DNA from: Eledone cirrhosa
Taxonomy: Eukaryota
Reading direction: 5' to 3'
DNA: 64,000 nt
NCBI GenBank assembly: GCA_964016885.1
Contig: OZ024741.1
Location: 408,704,001-408,768,000 of the forward strand
Below, in pieces: positions 1-9,748 of the stretch. The first letter of the stretch is position 1. Each line of letters begins with the position of its first letter. The translations under genes and the position numbers were made by a program. Below the pieces are notes generated by a model. It searched no databases, was not told the DNA's origin, and saw only the letters and a list, made by a program, of their open reading frames with translations.

Positions 1-724
1 CAAGGTACAGCTTGATGTCATATGCATATTTCAGTACTGTGGCATTCTTTAAGTTGGCATCTATGTCATTAATGTATGCAACAAACAAAAGGGGACCAAG
101 AACAGATCCCTGATTTACACCAGATGACATCTCATATGGTGAAGAATGCTGTCCTAGAACTGTGACTACCTCTTTTCGGCTGAGAATGAAGGATTTCAAC
201 CAGTTAAAAAGATCATCCTTCACACCCATTGCAGAGAGTTTTGCAATAAGTCTTTTGTGTGGCACAGAATTGAAAGCTTTAGCAAAGTCAAGGTAAACAA
301 CATCCACCCATGAGCCACCATCAGTGATCCGGGTGATGTCTTCAAGAAACTCGATAAGTTGATCACAGCAGCTGGAGTTAGGGATCAATCCAAATTGCAA
401 GGGCCAGATAAGACTGTGAGAGTTCCAGAAGTTCCAAAGTGTTTCTCTGACACAAGATTCCATCAGTTTGGCAATGTAGCTAGTAAGACTGACTGGTCGA
501 TAGTTGACAGGTGTTGTGCGGTCACCCTTTTTGAACAGAGGAATGACACTGGCAGTTTTCCACTGTTCTGGAGTAGCATGGTTGTTCAGTCAGAATTGGA
601 AGAAGCGTGATAGCTGGTGCAGAAGGAAGTACCCACCATGTTTGAGAAACAGGTACGTAACACCATCAAGACCAGGAGAGGCATGGTTGCGTTTATTTTT
701 AAGGTGACGTCGCAGCATTGCAGG
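1..724 (-). pseudogene. Degenerate non-LTR retrotransposon (CR1/L2/Jockey-group LINE) ORF2 reverse transcriptase fragment, running off the window start
   Basis: Hand translation of one minus-strand frame (the frame of ORF 590..775) gives SPGLDGVTYLFLK...*...WKTASVIPLFKKGDRTTPVNYRPVSLTSYIAKLME...QFG...VDVVYLDFAKAFNSVPHKRLIAKL...SGVNQGSVLGPLLFVAYINDI...YAYDIKLY. These are canonical LINE RT motifs. There is an in-frame stop at 590-592, the catalytic YADD reads YAYD (17-28), and a (TA)n tract breaks the 5' side at ~726. Confidence 0.92.
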
Positions 725-1046
725 TGTATATATATATATACATATAGAGGTAGAACACTGGAAGTGAATATCCATAGTGGTAGAGCACTCAGTCCATGGG
801 ACGAGTTTGGTAGGAGTGGTATAAGGTGAAACAATTGTTCTCAGTATGGTGAACTAACTGTTGTGTTACTACTTATATATATATATATATATATAGTCAA
901 AAGTAGAAGATATATATATATGTGAATATAGACATAGAATATTCGAAAATATTCTGTATGTTTATAATAAACATTTTGAAGACCTAATCGCTATAGAATA
1001 GAATACGTCACGTATTACAATTAGATTCTCGATAAAAGCAAGGGAA

Positions 1047-2956
1047 GTAAGTCTACGCGTTTCATTCTTGTTAGAATTCATCAGGACTACATATCCAGTG
1101 CTTTCATCGAGAATGACACAGCTAGAGACTTATAGAATACTTAGCTGTGTACAGGAACTGGTTTGAAAGAGCGGTTGCCGGTCCGGCAGAAATTGGAAAT
1201 TGGAATAAATGCTCTGAAATAGCGATATATATGTGAATATAGACATAGAATATTCGAAAATATTCTGTATGTTTATAATAAACATTTTGAAGACCTAATC
1301 GCTATAGAATAGAATACGTCACGTATTACAATTAGATTCTCGATAAAAGCAAGGGAAGTAAGTCTACGCGTTTCATTCTTGTTAGAATTCATCAGGACTA
1401 CATATCCAGTGCTTTCATCGAGAATGACACAGCTAGAGACTTATAGAATACTTAGCTGTGTACAGGAACTGGTTTGAAAGAGCGGTTGCCGGTCCGGCAG
1501 AAATTGGAAATTGGAATAAATGCTCTGAAATAGCGATATATATGTGAATATAGACATAGAATATTCGAAAATATTCTGTATGTTTATAATAAACATTTTG
1601 AAGACCTAATCGCTATAGAATAGAATACGTCACGTATTACAATTAGATTCTCGATAAAAGCAAGGGAAGTAAGTCTACGCGTTTCATTCTTGTTAGAATT
1701 CATCAGGACTACATATCCAGTGCTTTCATCGAGAATGACACAGCTAGAGACTTATAGAATACTTAGCTGTGTACAGGAACTGGTTTGAAAGAGCGGTTGC
1801 CGGTCCGGCAGAAATTGGAAATTGGAATAAATGCTCTGAAATAGCGATATATATGTGAATATAGACATAGAATATTCGAAAATATTCTGTATGTTTATAA
1901 TAAACATTTTGAAGACCTAATCGCTATAGAATAGAATACGTCACGTATTACAATTAGATTCTCGATAAAAGCAAGGGAAGTAAGTCTACGCGTTTCATTC
2001 TTGTTAGAATTCATCAGGACTACATATCCAGTGCTTTCATCGAGAATGACACAGCTAGAGACTTATAGAATACTTAGCTGTGTACAGGAACTGGTTTGAA
2101 AGAGCGGTTGCCGGTCCGGCAGAAATTGGAAATTGGAATAAATGCTCTGAAATAGCGATATATATGTGAATATAGACATAGAATATTCGAAAATATTCTG
2201 TATGTTTATAATAAACATTTTGAAGACCTAATCGCTATAGAATAGAATACGTCACGTATTACAATTAGATTCTCGATAAAAGCAAGGGAAGTAAGTCTAC
2301 GCGTTTCATTCTTGTTAGAATTCATCAGGACTACATATCCAGTGCTTTCATCGAGAATGACACAGCTAGAGACTTATAGAATACTTAGCTGTGTACAGGA
2401 ACTGGTTTGAAAGAGCGGTTGCCGGTCCGGCAGAAATTGGAAATTGGAATAAATGCTCTGAAATAGCGATATATATGTGAATATAGACATAGAATATTCG
2501 AAAATATTCTGTATGTTTATAATAAACATTTTGAAGACCTAATCGCTATAGAATAGAATACGTCACGTATTACAATTAGATTCTCGATAAAAGCAAGGGA
2601 AGTAAGTCTACGCGTTTCATTCTTGTTAGAATTCATCAGGACTACATATCCAGTGCTTTCATCGAGAATGACACAGCTAGAGACTTATAGAATACTTAGC
2701 TGTGTACAGGAACTGGTTTGAAAGAGCGGTTGCCGGTCCGGCAGAAATTGGAAATTGGAATAAATGCTCTGAAATAGCGATATATATGTGAATATAGACA
2801 TAGAATATTCGAAAATATTCTGTATGTTTATAATAAACATTTTGAAGACCTAATCGCTATAGAATAGAATACGTCACGTATTACAATTAGATTCTCGATA
2901 AAAGCAAGGGAAGTAAGTCTACGCGTTTCATTCTTGTTAGAATTCATCAGGACTAC
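1047..2956 (-). ncRNA. Seven tandem type I hammerhead ribozymes (1047-1090, 1358-1401, 1669-1712, 1980-2023, 2291-2334, 2602-2645, 2913-2956)
   Basis: The minus strand reads GUAGUC-CUGAUGA-AUUCU-AACA-AGAAU-GAA-ACGCGU-A-GACUUAC. This gives an intact core, a 5-bp helix II, a palindromic helix III (ACGCGU), a GUA cleavage triplet and helix I AGUC/GACU. Confidence 0.88.
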
Positions 2957-3122
2957 ATATCCAGTGCTTTCATCGAGAATATATATATCGCTATTTCAGA
3001 GCATTTATTCCAATTTCCAATTTCTGCCGGACCGGCAACCGCTCTTTCAAACCAGTTCCTGTACACAGCTAAGTATTCTATAAGTCTCTAGCTGTGTCAT
3101 TCTCGATGAAAGCACTGGATAT

Positions 3123-3477
3123 GTAGTCCTGATGAATTCTAACAAGAATGAAACGCGTAGACTTACTTCCCTTGCTTTTATCGAGAATCTAATTGTAATA
3201 CGTGACGTATTCTATTCTATAGCGATTAGGTCTTCAAAATGTTTATTATAAACATACAGAATATTTTCGAATATTCTATGTCTATATTCACATATATATC
3301 GCTATTTCAGAGCATTTATTCCAATTTCCAATTTCTGCCGGACCGGCAACCGCTCTTTCAAACCAGTTCCTGTACACAGCTAAGTATTCTATAAGTCTCT
3401 AGCTGTGTCATTCTCGATGAAAGCACTGGATATGTAGTCCTGATGAATTCTAACAAGAATGAAACGCGTAGACTTAC
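3123..3477 (+). ncRNA. Two type I hammerhead ribozymes (3123-3166, 3434-3477), same family as in the 311-bp unit
   Basis: The sequence is gtagtc CTGATGA attct aaca agaat GAAA cgcg TA gacttac, with predicted cleavage after 3159 and after 3470. Helix I extends via attctcgatgaaagca (3099-3114) pairing with tgcttttatcgagaat (3173-3188). Confidence 0.88.
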
Positions 3478-3634
3478 TTCCCTTGCTTTTATCGAGAATC
3501 TAATTGTAATACGTGACGTATTCTATTCTATAGCGATTAGGTCTTCAAAATGTTTATTATAAACATACAGAATATTTTCGAATATTCTATGTCTATATTC
3601 ACATATATATCGCTATTTCAGAGCATTTATTCCA

Positions 3635-3671
<37 letters not shown>

Positions 3672-3997
3672 ACCATATCTCCAGAGAAGACAGTATATTG
3701 TATATATACTAAATATTACAGTGAAGAACATGTACTCAAGACGGAATCAAAAGAGACCTTATGGCGCCATTTCATTAACTGTAAACTGTGATTTAAAATC
3801 GATCTACGTAAATGGTTATCGATCACATAATATTGATTATAATTAAATGATAGCAGACTCAGAAAACTCGTCTTTAGCATATTAATAGATACACATATCT
3901 TCTACTTTGACTAAATATTGCTCCAGATATTGTCTATTGAGCTAATTTATAGAGAAGCACAGAATTCTAACATATTTAATATGTTACATTTGTATAC

Positions 3998-4114
3998 GGA
4001 GTAGGTAGACCCAGAAAAACTTGGGACGATTTGATAAATTCCGACCTTACACACTTGCACCTCTCTAAGACAATATCACTGGACCGAGATCTTTGGCGCC
4101 ACGCAGTAATATAG
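3998..4114 (+). pseudogene. 3'-terminal fragment of an RTE-clade LINE ORF
   Basis: Translates as GVGRPRKTWDDLINSDLTHLHLSKTISLDRDLWRHAVI*, matching the RTE C-terminal signature GRPRKxW-D-I--DL...DR--WR. Confidence 0.8.
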
Positions 4115-4354
4115 AAGACCCGCCTTGCATATATACCAAGCGAAACCTACAGTCAGTAGGCACCTCTTAACCAAATATACACCCCCAATCCACTACCCCC
4201 ACCCCATCAACACCACCCCTTTCTCTGTAAAGTTATGTTGGTATGACAACATCCAGTCCAAACTAATGAGGTCGTGTAGATGTCACAAGAAAAAACACAC
4301 AGTCCACGCTATAATGTGGCCGTGTAGGTAACACAGTAAAAAGTTCCCAGTTCC

Positions 4355-4525
4355 ACACTGTAAATGTGGTTGGTGTTAGGAAGGGCATCCAGCTGTAGAA
4401 AACCTGCCAGATAGTCTTATACGAGCGAGACACGGTCACTCGACCAACCTTACCTCAAATTGAGACAACTCTCGTCTAACCCATGCTAGCGTGGAAGATG
4501 GATGTTAAACGAAGATGATTATGAT
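4355..4525 (+). mobile_element. SINE 3' half (same family as 8166-8600)
   Basis: cactgtaaatgtggttggtgttaggaagggcatccagctgtagaaa...cgtctaacccatgctagcgtggaagatggatgttaaacgaagatgattatg matches 8428-8600. Confidence 0.75.
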
Positions 4526-4544
4526 ATGTATATATATTTTTTTC

Positions 4545-4865
4545 ATTCATTTTACGTCCGCTTTTCCCTGCTTGCAAGGGTGGGACGGGAACTGATTCTG
4601 GCTTGATTTCTACAGCTGGATGCCCTTCCTAACACCAACCTCATTTACAGTGAGTGCTGGGTGCTTTTTTGCCGTGGCACCTCCACGACCACTTTACAGT
4701 GGAATGATAGGGTCCCCAGTCCCTATCATCTCATATCTACAGCTGAGTAAACTAGAGCAATGTGAAATAAAGTGTCTTGTTCAAGGAAACAACACATCAC
4801 CCGGTCTGAGAATTGAACTCACAATTTCGATTGCAAGGCCAATGCTCTAACCACTAAGCCATATG

Positions 4866-4866
<1 letters not shown>
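4545..4866 (-). mobile_element. tRNA-derived SINE with a CORE-like central domain
   Basis: Reverse complement of 8166-8490 plus tail. The head TATGGCTTAGTGGTTAGAGC is an A-box and GAGTTCAATTCTC is B-box-like. The spurious ORFs 4620..4850(+) and 8173..8460(-) are homologous translations of the two copies. Confidence 0.85.
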
Positions 4867-4993
<127 letters not shown>

Positions 4994-5184
4994 GGTTTGA
5001 GGTTCACCACTGTATAGAGCTGGTCTATTCCGTATGGTCAATCGTAATGCAATAATATAGGGAGTACTCAACGTAAAGCAGTTCAACCGTCTTCGTTTTT
5101 GTAGTTGGTGGTGCTATTACGGAGTTAAATATTATAATGAAATGACAGGAGGCTGGATTTGTGTAAATCCTTGAAAGGTTTATT

Positions 5185-5242
5185 ATACTATGATCATTTC
5201 AATGACCGGGTTCCGTATGAATCCGGTGATATCATCAGGTAT
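5185..5242 (-). ncRNA. Type I hammerhead ribozyme motif, family 2 (left copy)
   Basis: Reverse complement of 7411-7468. Confidence 0.7.
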
Positions 5243-5615
5243 TCGAAATATAATACGTGAATGTAATAGGTAAAATCCATGGGGCTGAAAATCGAGACCC
5301 GAGGGCGACCGCTATTCTGTTCCTTCAACCTCAGCCGGTCGCCCTGGAGTGACGTGGCTAAATTTTATAGTATGCTACTACCGGTCAGATGAACGAAAAC
5401 AGAAAGAGATGGGAGCATAGGTTAACGTCGATCCCATGACACAAGGTAAAAGAAAGAAAGAAAGGAAGGAGAAGAAGGGGGAAGAAAGAAGAAGAGAAGT
5501 CAGGGTTAATGTCAGCTAAAAGAGGAAGGTAACTACTACTGGTCAGATATAGGCAAGCAAGAGGGGGAAGGAATATAAGTCTGCAGGGAGGAGGAGAGGA
5601 GAGAAGGAAGGGAAG

Positions 5616-6632
5616 AGAGAAGTAGAAAAGTAAGGGTTGATGGCTACAAGAAGGAAGATAGAAAGGAAGAGGAAGAAAGGTCGATATTAATGTCAGACCA
5701 CAGTCAAGCCAGGAGTGACGCGAGAGAATTTTCACAGGGACCCGCATCTTAGCGGAGATGGATATATTGGGAGTCAGTGTTTTACAGTGTTTAGACTTCT
5801 AGGATGAAGTTAAAAAAATTTAATAATCAATATTCAATATTAAAGAGGTTAGAAAATTTAAAGTTCAACAGTTTAACAATTAATTATATAATAGTTCCGA
5901 TTTGTTCTGTAATTTAAAGGTACTATTTGGCGGTTAAAACAACGGCCGCGCCCCGGGCCCCATGGCGAATTAAGCCACGCCGAGTATTTTCATTTACTGA
6001 AAGAAGGGGAAATTTATTTTTCCAAGCACTCCAGGTGAGCTCGTTCGCCACGGAGCTGGTCGCGCCGCCATTAAAACCCACCCAACAGTCCGACAGAAAG
6101 TTGGAACTTTAAAATTTAGCTTAGAGAAGTAAAAGAGTAATGGTTGATAGCTACAAGAAGGAAGATAGAAAGAGAGAGGAAGGAAGGTCGATATTAATGT
6201 CACACCACAGTCGGGCCAGGAGTGGCGCGACAAAATTTTCACAGGGACTCGCATCTTAGCAGAGGTGAATATAATGGGGGTCAGTGTGTTACAATGTTTA
6301 GACTTATAGGATGAAGTTAAAAAATTAATAAATTAATAATCAATATTCCATATTAAAGAGGTTAGAAAACTTAAAGCTCAACAGTTTCAGGTTGATATAT
6401 ATAATAGTTCCGATTTGTTCTGTAATTTAAAGGTACTATTTGGCGGTTAAAACACCGGCCGCGCCCCAGGCCCCATGGCTAATTAAGCCACGCCGAGTAT
6501 TTTCATTTACTGAAAGAAGGGGAATTTATTTTTCCAAGCACTCCAGGTGAGCCCGTTCGCCAGGGAGCTGGTCGCGCCGCCGCTAAAACCCACCCAACGG
6601 TCCGACAGAAAGTTGGAACTTTAGAATTTTGC
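5616..6632. repeat. Diverged ~510-bp direct tandem duplication (5616-6120 / 6123-6632)
   Basis: Shared markers include TTGGCGGTTAAAAC at 5927 and 6440. The paralogous ORFs MRVPVKILSRHSW... (5385..5747 and 5994..6254) reflect the duplication. Confidence 0.9.
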
Positions 6633-6659
6633 TTAACTCTATCGGATGAAGTTGAAAGA

Positions 6660-6710
6660 ATTCAGAATAACATTCAGAATAACATTCAGAATAACATTCA
6701 GAATAACATT
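6660..6710 (+). repeat. 12-bp tandem repeat (ATTCAGAATAAC) x4
   Basis: Read directly from the sequence. Confidence 0.95.
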
Positions 6711-7410
6711 ATGAAACTAAGGAGTAAGAGGATTGAGAATTGAACAAACAGAAAATTGAAGATTAGACATTCAAATAACTTCTATGAGGTTTTGGGTTGC
6801 GGGGTTTAATTAAATAGTCTTTTATGAAGAAACGTTAATTGTATTATGTAGATCTGTAATTTATCCTAGTGGGATGTAGAGTACGGGATATAGTCGTGTA
6901 ATGTTTAATTTTTGTTCTCAGGAGGAGACATTCTAGTGTCGTGTGCTAATGGGTACAGGTCCCAATGTGAGGAGTAGAAATACATGGATACATAGAAGTG
7001 GAATACGTGGAAGAGCACATTGGTACAGCAGAGGTATAAATATATAAACATATCAATATATAGGTATAAACATGTAAATAAACCAACAAGAGTGGTGTTG
7101 GAGTAAGATGGAGAAATCAGGACATTAATACAGCAAACAAAGATGTGAAGATATAGATAAACAAACAATAGTCGTTGTCTAGTAAATGTAGAGTTCAAGA
7201 GACAGGAGAAATACAATATAGTTCGGGTTGCGGTATTTATGTTCCCAGGGGGAAATATTCCAGTGACGTGTGCTGAGGGTACACGCGAGTAAAAGTCCGA
7301 ATAAGGGAAGTAGAAAGTACATGGATGTATAGAGGTAGAATACGTGGAGGAGCATTAATACAGCAAATAAATATGGATTTTACCTATTACATTCACGTAT
7401 TATATTTCGA

Positions 7411-7468
7411 ATACCTGATGATATCACCGGATTCATACGGAACCCGGTCATTGAAATGATCATAGTAT
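7411..7468 (+). ncRNA. Type I hammerhead ribozyme motif, family 2 (right copy)
   Basis: The sequence is atac CTGATGA tatc-accgg-attcatacggaac-ccggt-catt GAAA tgatca TA gtat. Helix I is ATAC/GTAT, helix III is the palindrome ATGATCAT and the triplet is AUA. The base of helix II is imperfect. Confidence 0.7.
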
Positions 7469-7682
7469 AATAAACCTTTCAAGGATTTACACAAATCCAG
7501 CCTCCTGTCATTTCATTATATATATATATATATAGATTTTGAGTTTATGTTGGTTGTATACCAACACCTCAGTATGCAGGCTGGAGCACTCGACGAAGTG
7601 CGCAGGTTGGTTTGGTTACTCCGGAGTAGTGTAAAATAAAGTTAAATAAAAGTCAAATGATTAAAATTTAGCTTCGTTTATT

Positions 7683-7737
7683 ACTGCTATATATATTTCA
7701 GTGACAGCCATCTTTGGCTGTGACCTCTTCAGGCAGT
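7683..7737 (-). ncRNA. Type I hammerhead ribozyme, family 3 (left arm)
   Basis: Reverse complement of 7968-8022. Confidence 0.82.
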
Positions 7738-7967
7738 TTGAATTAGTATGGTATAGACAAGTACATATGTTGTTTAGGTGTATGATATTGTCAATACTCT
7801 GATATGCCCAGTTCCTTGCTGGGTTGTTAATTCACTGGGGAACTGGAGTCATATGACTCCAGTTCCCCAGTGAATTAACAACCCAGCAAGGAACTGGGCA
7901 TATCAGAGTATTGACAATATCATACACCTAAACAACATATGTACTTGTCTATACCATACTAATTCAA

Positions 7968-8022
7968 ACTGCCTGAAGAGGTCACAGCCAAAGATGGCTG
8001 TCACTGAAATATATATAGCAGT
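7968..8022 (+). ncRNA. Type I hammerhead ribozyme, family 3 (right arm)
   Basis: The sequence is actgc CTGAAGA ggtc-acagcca-aaga-tggctgt-cact GAAA tatata TA gcagt. Helix I is ACTGC/GCAGT, helix II is long and helix III is the palindrome ATATATAT. Confidence 0.82.
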
Positions 8023-8066
8023 AATAAACGAAGCTAAATTTTAATCATTTGACTTTTATTTAACTT

Positions 8067-8132
<66 letters not shown>

Positions 8133-8165
8133 ATGGCTTAGTGGTTAGAACACTTAGTGGAAGGT

Positions 8166-8600
8166 GTATGGCTTAGTAGTTAGAGCATTGGCCTTGCAAT
8201 CGAAAGGTTGTGAATTCAATTCTCAGACCGGGTGATGTGTTGTTTCCTTGAGCAAGACACTTTATTTCACATTGCTCCAGTTTACTCAGCTGTAGAAATG
8301 AGATGATAGGACTGGGGTCCCTCTCATTCCACTGCAAAGTGGTCGCGGAGGTGCCACGACAAAAAAGCACCCAGCCCACACTGTAAAGTGGACGTGTAGG
8401 CACCACGGAAAAAAAGCACCCAGCACTCACTGTAAATGAGGTTGGTGTTAGGAAGGGCATCCAGCTGTAAAAATCAAGCCAGAATCAGTTCCTGTATGAG
8501 CAAGACAAAGTCAGCCAACTGGACACTGCCCACAACAGGACAACCCGTCTAACCCATGCCAGCGTGGAAGAACGGACGTAAAATGATGATGATGATGATA
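8166..8600 (+). mobile_element. Near full-length tRNA-derived SINE with a CORE-like middle and (TGA)n tail
   Basis: It has a pol III A-box-like TGGCTTAGTAGTTAGAGC and a B-box-like GAATTCAATTCTC. CCTTGAGCAAGACACTTTA...CTCCAGTTTACTCAGCTGTAGAAATG resembles the MIR/CORE domain. It ends GGACGTAAAATGATGATGATG, and there is a partial head duplicate at 8131-8150. Confidence 0.85.
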
Positions 8601-8743
8601 TATTTGTATATATATATATGTAGGAGGTGAATTTTATTGTAGCACAATAAAGCAATGCAAATAACGGATAAGTAGCACTCAACAGTTTATTGGACTGGAG
8701 TATATATAAGAAGAAATTAAAAGATGGTTAAAAAAGTTCTATG

Positions 8744-8813
8744 TATTTTATTATGCACATTTCAAAAACAAGTATCATCCAGGGACGATATTTGCGTTCT
8801 CATCAGATAAATA
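8744..8813 (-). ncRNA. Type I hammerhead ribozyme, family 4 (left arm)
   Basis: Near reverse complement of 8937-9007; helix III is ATGTGCAT (G-U variant). Confidence 0.72.
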
Positions 8814-8936
8814 GGGAGATATGATATGAAGCTTAAAAAAGACACTGTGAACAAGGTAATGTCTAGTCAATATATATGTTGTTTAGACACTACCTTGCTC
8901 ACAAGTGTCTTTTTTAAGCTTCATATCATATCTCCC

Positions 8937-9007
8937 TATTTTATCTGATGAGAACGAAAATATCGTCCCTGGATGATATTTGTTTTTGAAATGCGCATAA
9001 TAAAATA
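8937..9007 (+). ncRNA. Type I hammerhead ribozyme, family 4 (right arm)
   Basis: The sequence is tattttat CTGATGA gaacgaa-aatatcgtcc-ct-ggatgatatt-tgttttt GAAA tgcgca TA ataaaata. Helix I has 8 bp and helix III is the palindrome ATGCGCAT. Confidence 0.8.
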
Positions 9008-9321
9008 CATGGAACTTTTTTAACCATCTTTTAATTTCTTCTTATATATATATATACAAATATATCATCATCATCATCACCGTTTTACGTCCTGCCAATA
9101 CTGGAATTGAATAATCAAAACCGTAGCGGTATGTCACATATCAAATCTTATATTTTGTCTCATGAAAACGTACTTAAACACCATTGTACCTTTGAAATAT
9201 GTATAATAAAATATATATTTTGATTATGAGAATATTTTTCATTTATTAACATTTTGAATAATGTATATATATTATTCAAAATATTAATAAATGAAGATAT
9301 TCCCATAATCAAAATATATGC

Positions 9322-9378
9322 TTTATTATATATATTTCGAAGGTAGTGTGTTTTTTCAGTACGTCCTCGTCAGATAAA
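9322..9378 (-). ncRNA. Type I hammerhead ribozyme, family 5 (minus copy)
   Basis: Near reverse complement of 9689-9748. Confidence 0.72.
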
Positions 9379-9688
9379 ATATATGATTTGATATATGACA
9401 TACCTCTACGGTCTTGAGAGTTCAATTCCTGTATTGGCAGTGATTTATTTCATCAAATCTCAACATTTATATATCACAAATAATAATATGATAAACTCTT
9501 TTTCTTCCCTTCCTCCTCTTCACACCCTCTCTTATATCTCTAATTTGCTCCATGTCCCTTTCTTCTTTAAGTTTATCATATTATTATTTGTGGTATATAA
9601 ATGTTGAGATTTGATGAAATAAATCACTACCAATACAGGAATTGAACTATCAAGACCGTAGAGGTATGTCATATATCAAATCATATAT

Positions 9689-9748
9689 TTTATCTGACGA
9701 GGACGTACTGAAAAAACAACACAGTACCTTCGAAATATATATAATAAA
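9689..9748 (+). ncRNA. Type I hammerhead ribozyme, family 5 (plus copy)
   Basis: The sequence is tttat CTGACGA ggac-gtactg-aaaaaacaaca-cagtac-cttc GAAA tatata TA ataaa, with helix I TTTAT/ATAAA and a palindromic helix III. Confidence 0.78.

Larger units (their letters stand above)
912..3636. repeat. 311-bp tandem repeat array carrying a hammerhead ribozyme (retrozyme / Penelope pLTR-like): ~6.6 units in one orientation (912-2980), then ~2.1 inverted units (2981-3636)
   Basis: The marker GTGAATATAGACATAG recurs at 922, 1233, 1544, 1855, 2166, 2477 and 2788 (period 311), and the units look identical by eye. The reverse complement of the unit follows the ATATATAT junction at ~2981. (TA)n flanks both outer ends. 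Confidence 0.95.
5133..7520. mobile_element. Non-autonomous Penelope-like element with 148-bp terminal inverted repeats (5133-5280 / 7373-7520), each containing a hammerhead motif
   Basis: TATAATGAAATGACAGGAGG...GGTAAAATCCAT is mirrored at 7373-7520, followed by (TA)n to 7534. The interior is non-coding and contains internal duplications. Confidence 0.7.
7632..8073. repeat. Perfect 442-bp spacerless palindrome (centre 7852/7853) containing a hammerhead in each arm
   Basis: The centre reads GGAGTCAT|ATGACTCC. The arms match out to TAAAATAAAGTT / AACTTTATTTTA, followed by (TA)n(TG)n to ~8132. Confidence 0.95.
8701..9050. repeat. Imperfect inverted repeat (~8701-8858 / ~8890-9050) with a hammerhead in each arm, bounded by (TA)n
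   Basis: TATATAAGAAGAAATTAAAAGATGG... is mirrored by ...CCATCTTTTAATTTCTTCTTATATA, with a few substitutions between the arms. Confidence 0.92.

Noticed and set aside
359-834. Plus-strand ORFs 359..610, 504..707 and 617..829
   Set aside because: They are antisense shadows of the degenerate LINE RT on the minus strand.
3745-3870. Possible sixth hammerhead on the minus strand (GAAA TGGCGCCA TA with a palindromic helix III-like segment at ~3760-3773)
   Set aside because: I found no CUGANGA core with a matching helix I partner upstream; at best it is a decayed remnant.
5385-7216. ORFs of 61-120 aa inside the 2.4-kb element as a Penelope RT or endonuclease
   Set aside because: They are low-complexity Leu/Phe/Ser-rich translations of purine-rich DNA with no RT or GIY-YIG motifs that I could recognise.
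8166-8235. tRNA gene
   Set aside because: Only A/B-box-like motifs are present, with no complete cloverleaf, and the sequence continues into a SINE body found in multiple copies.
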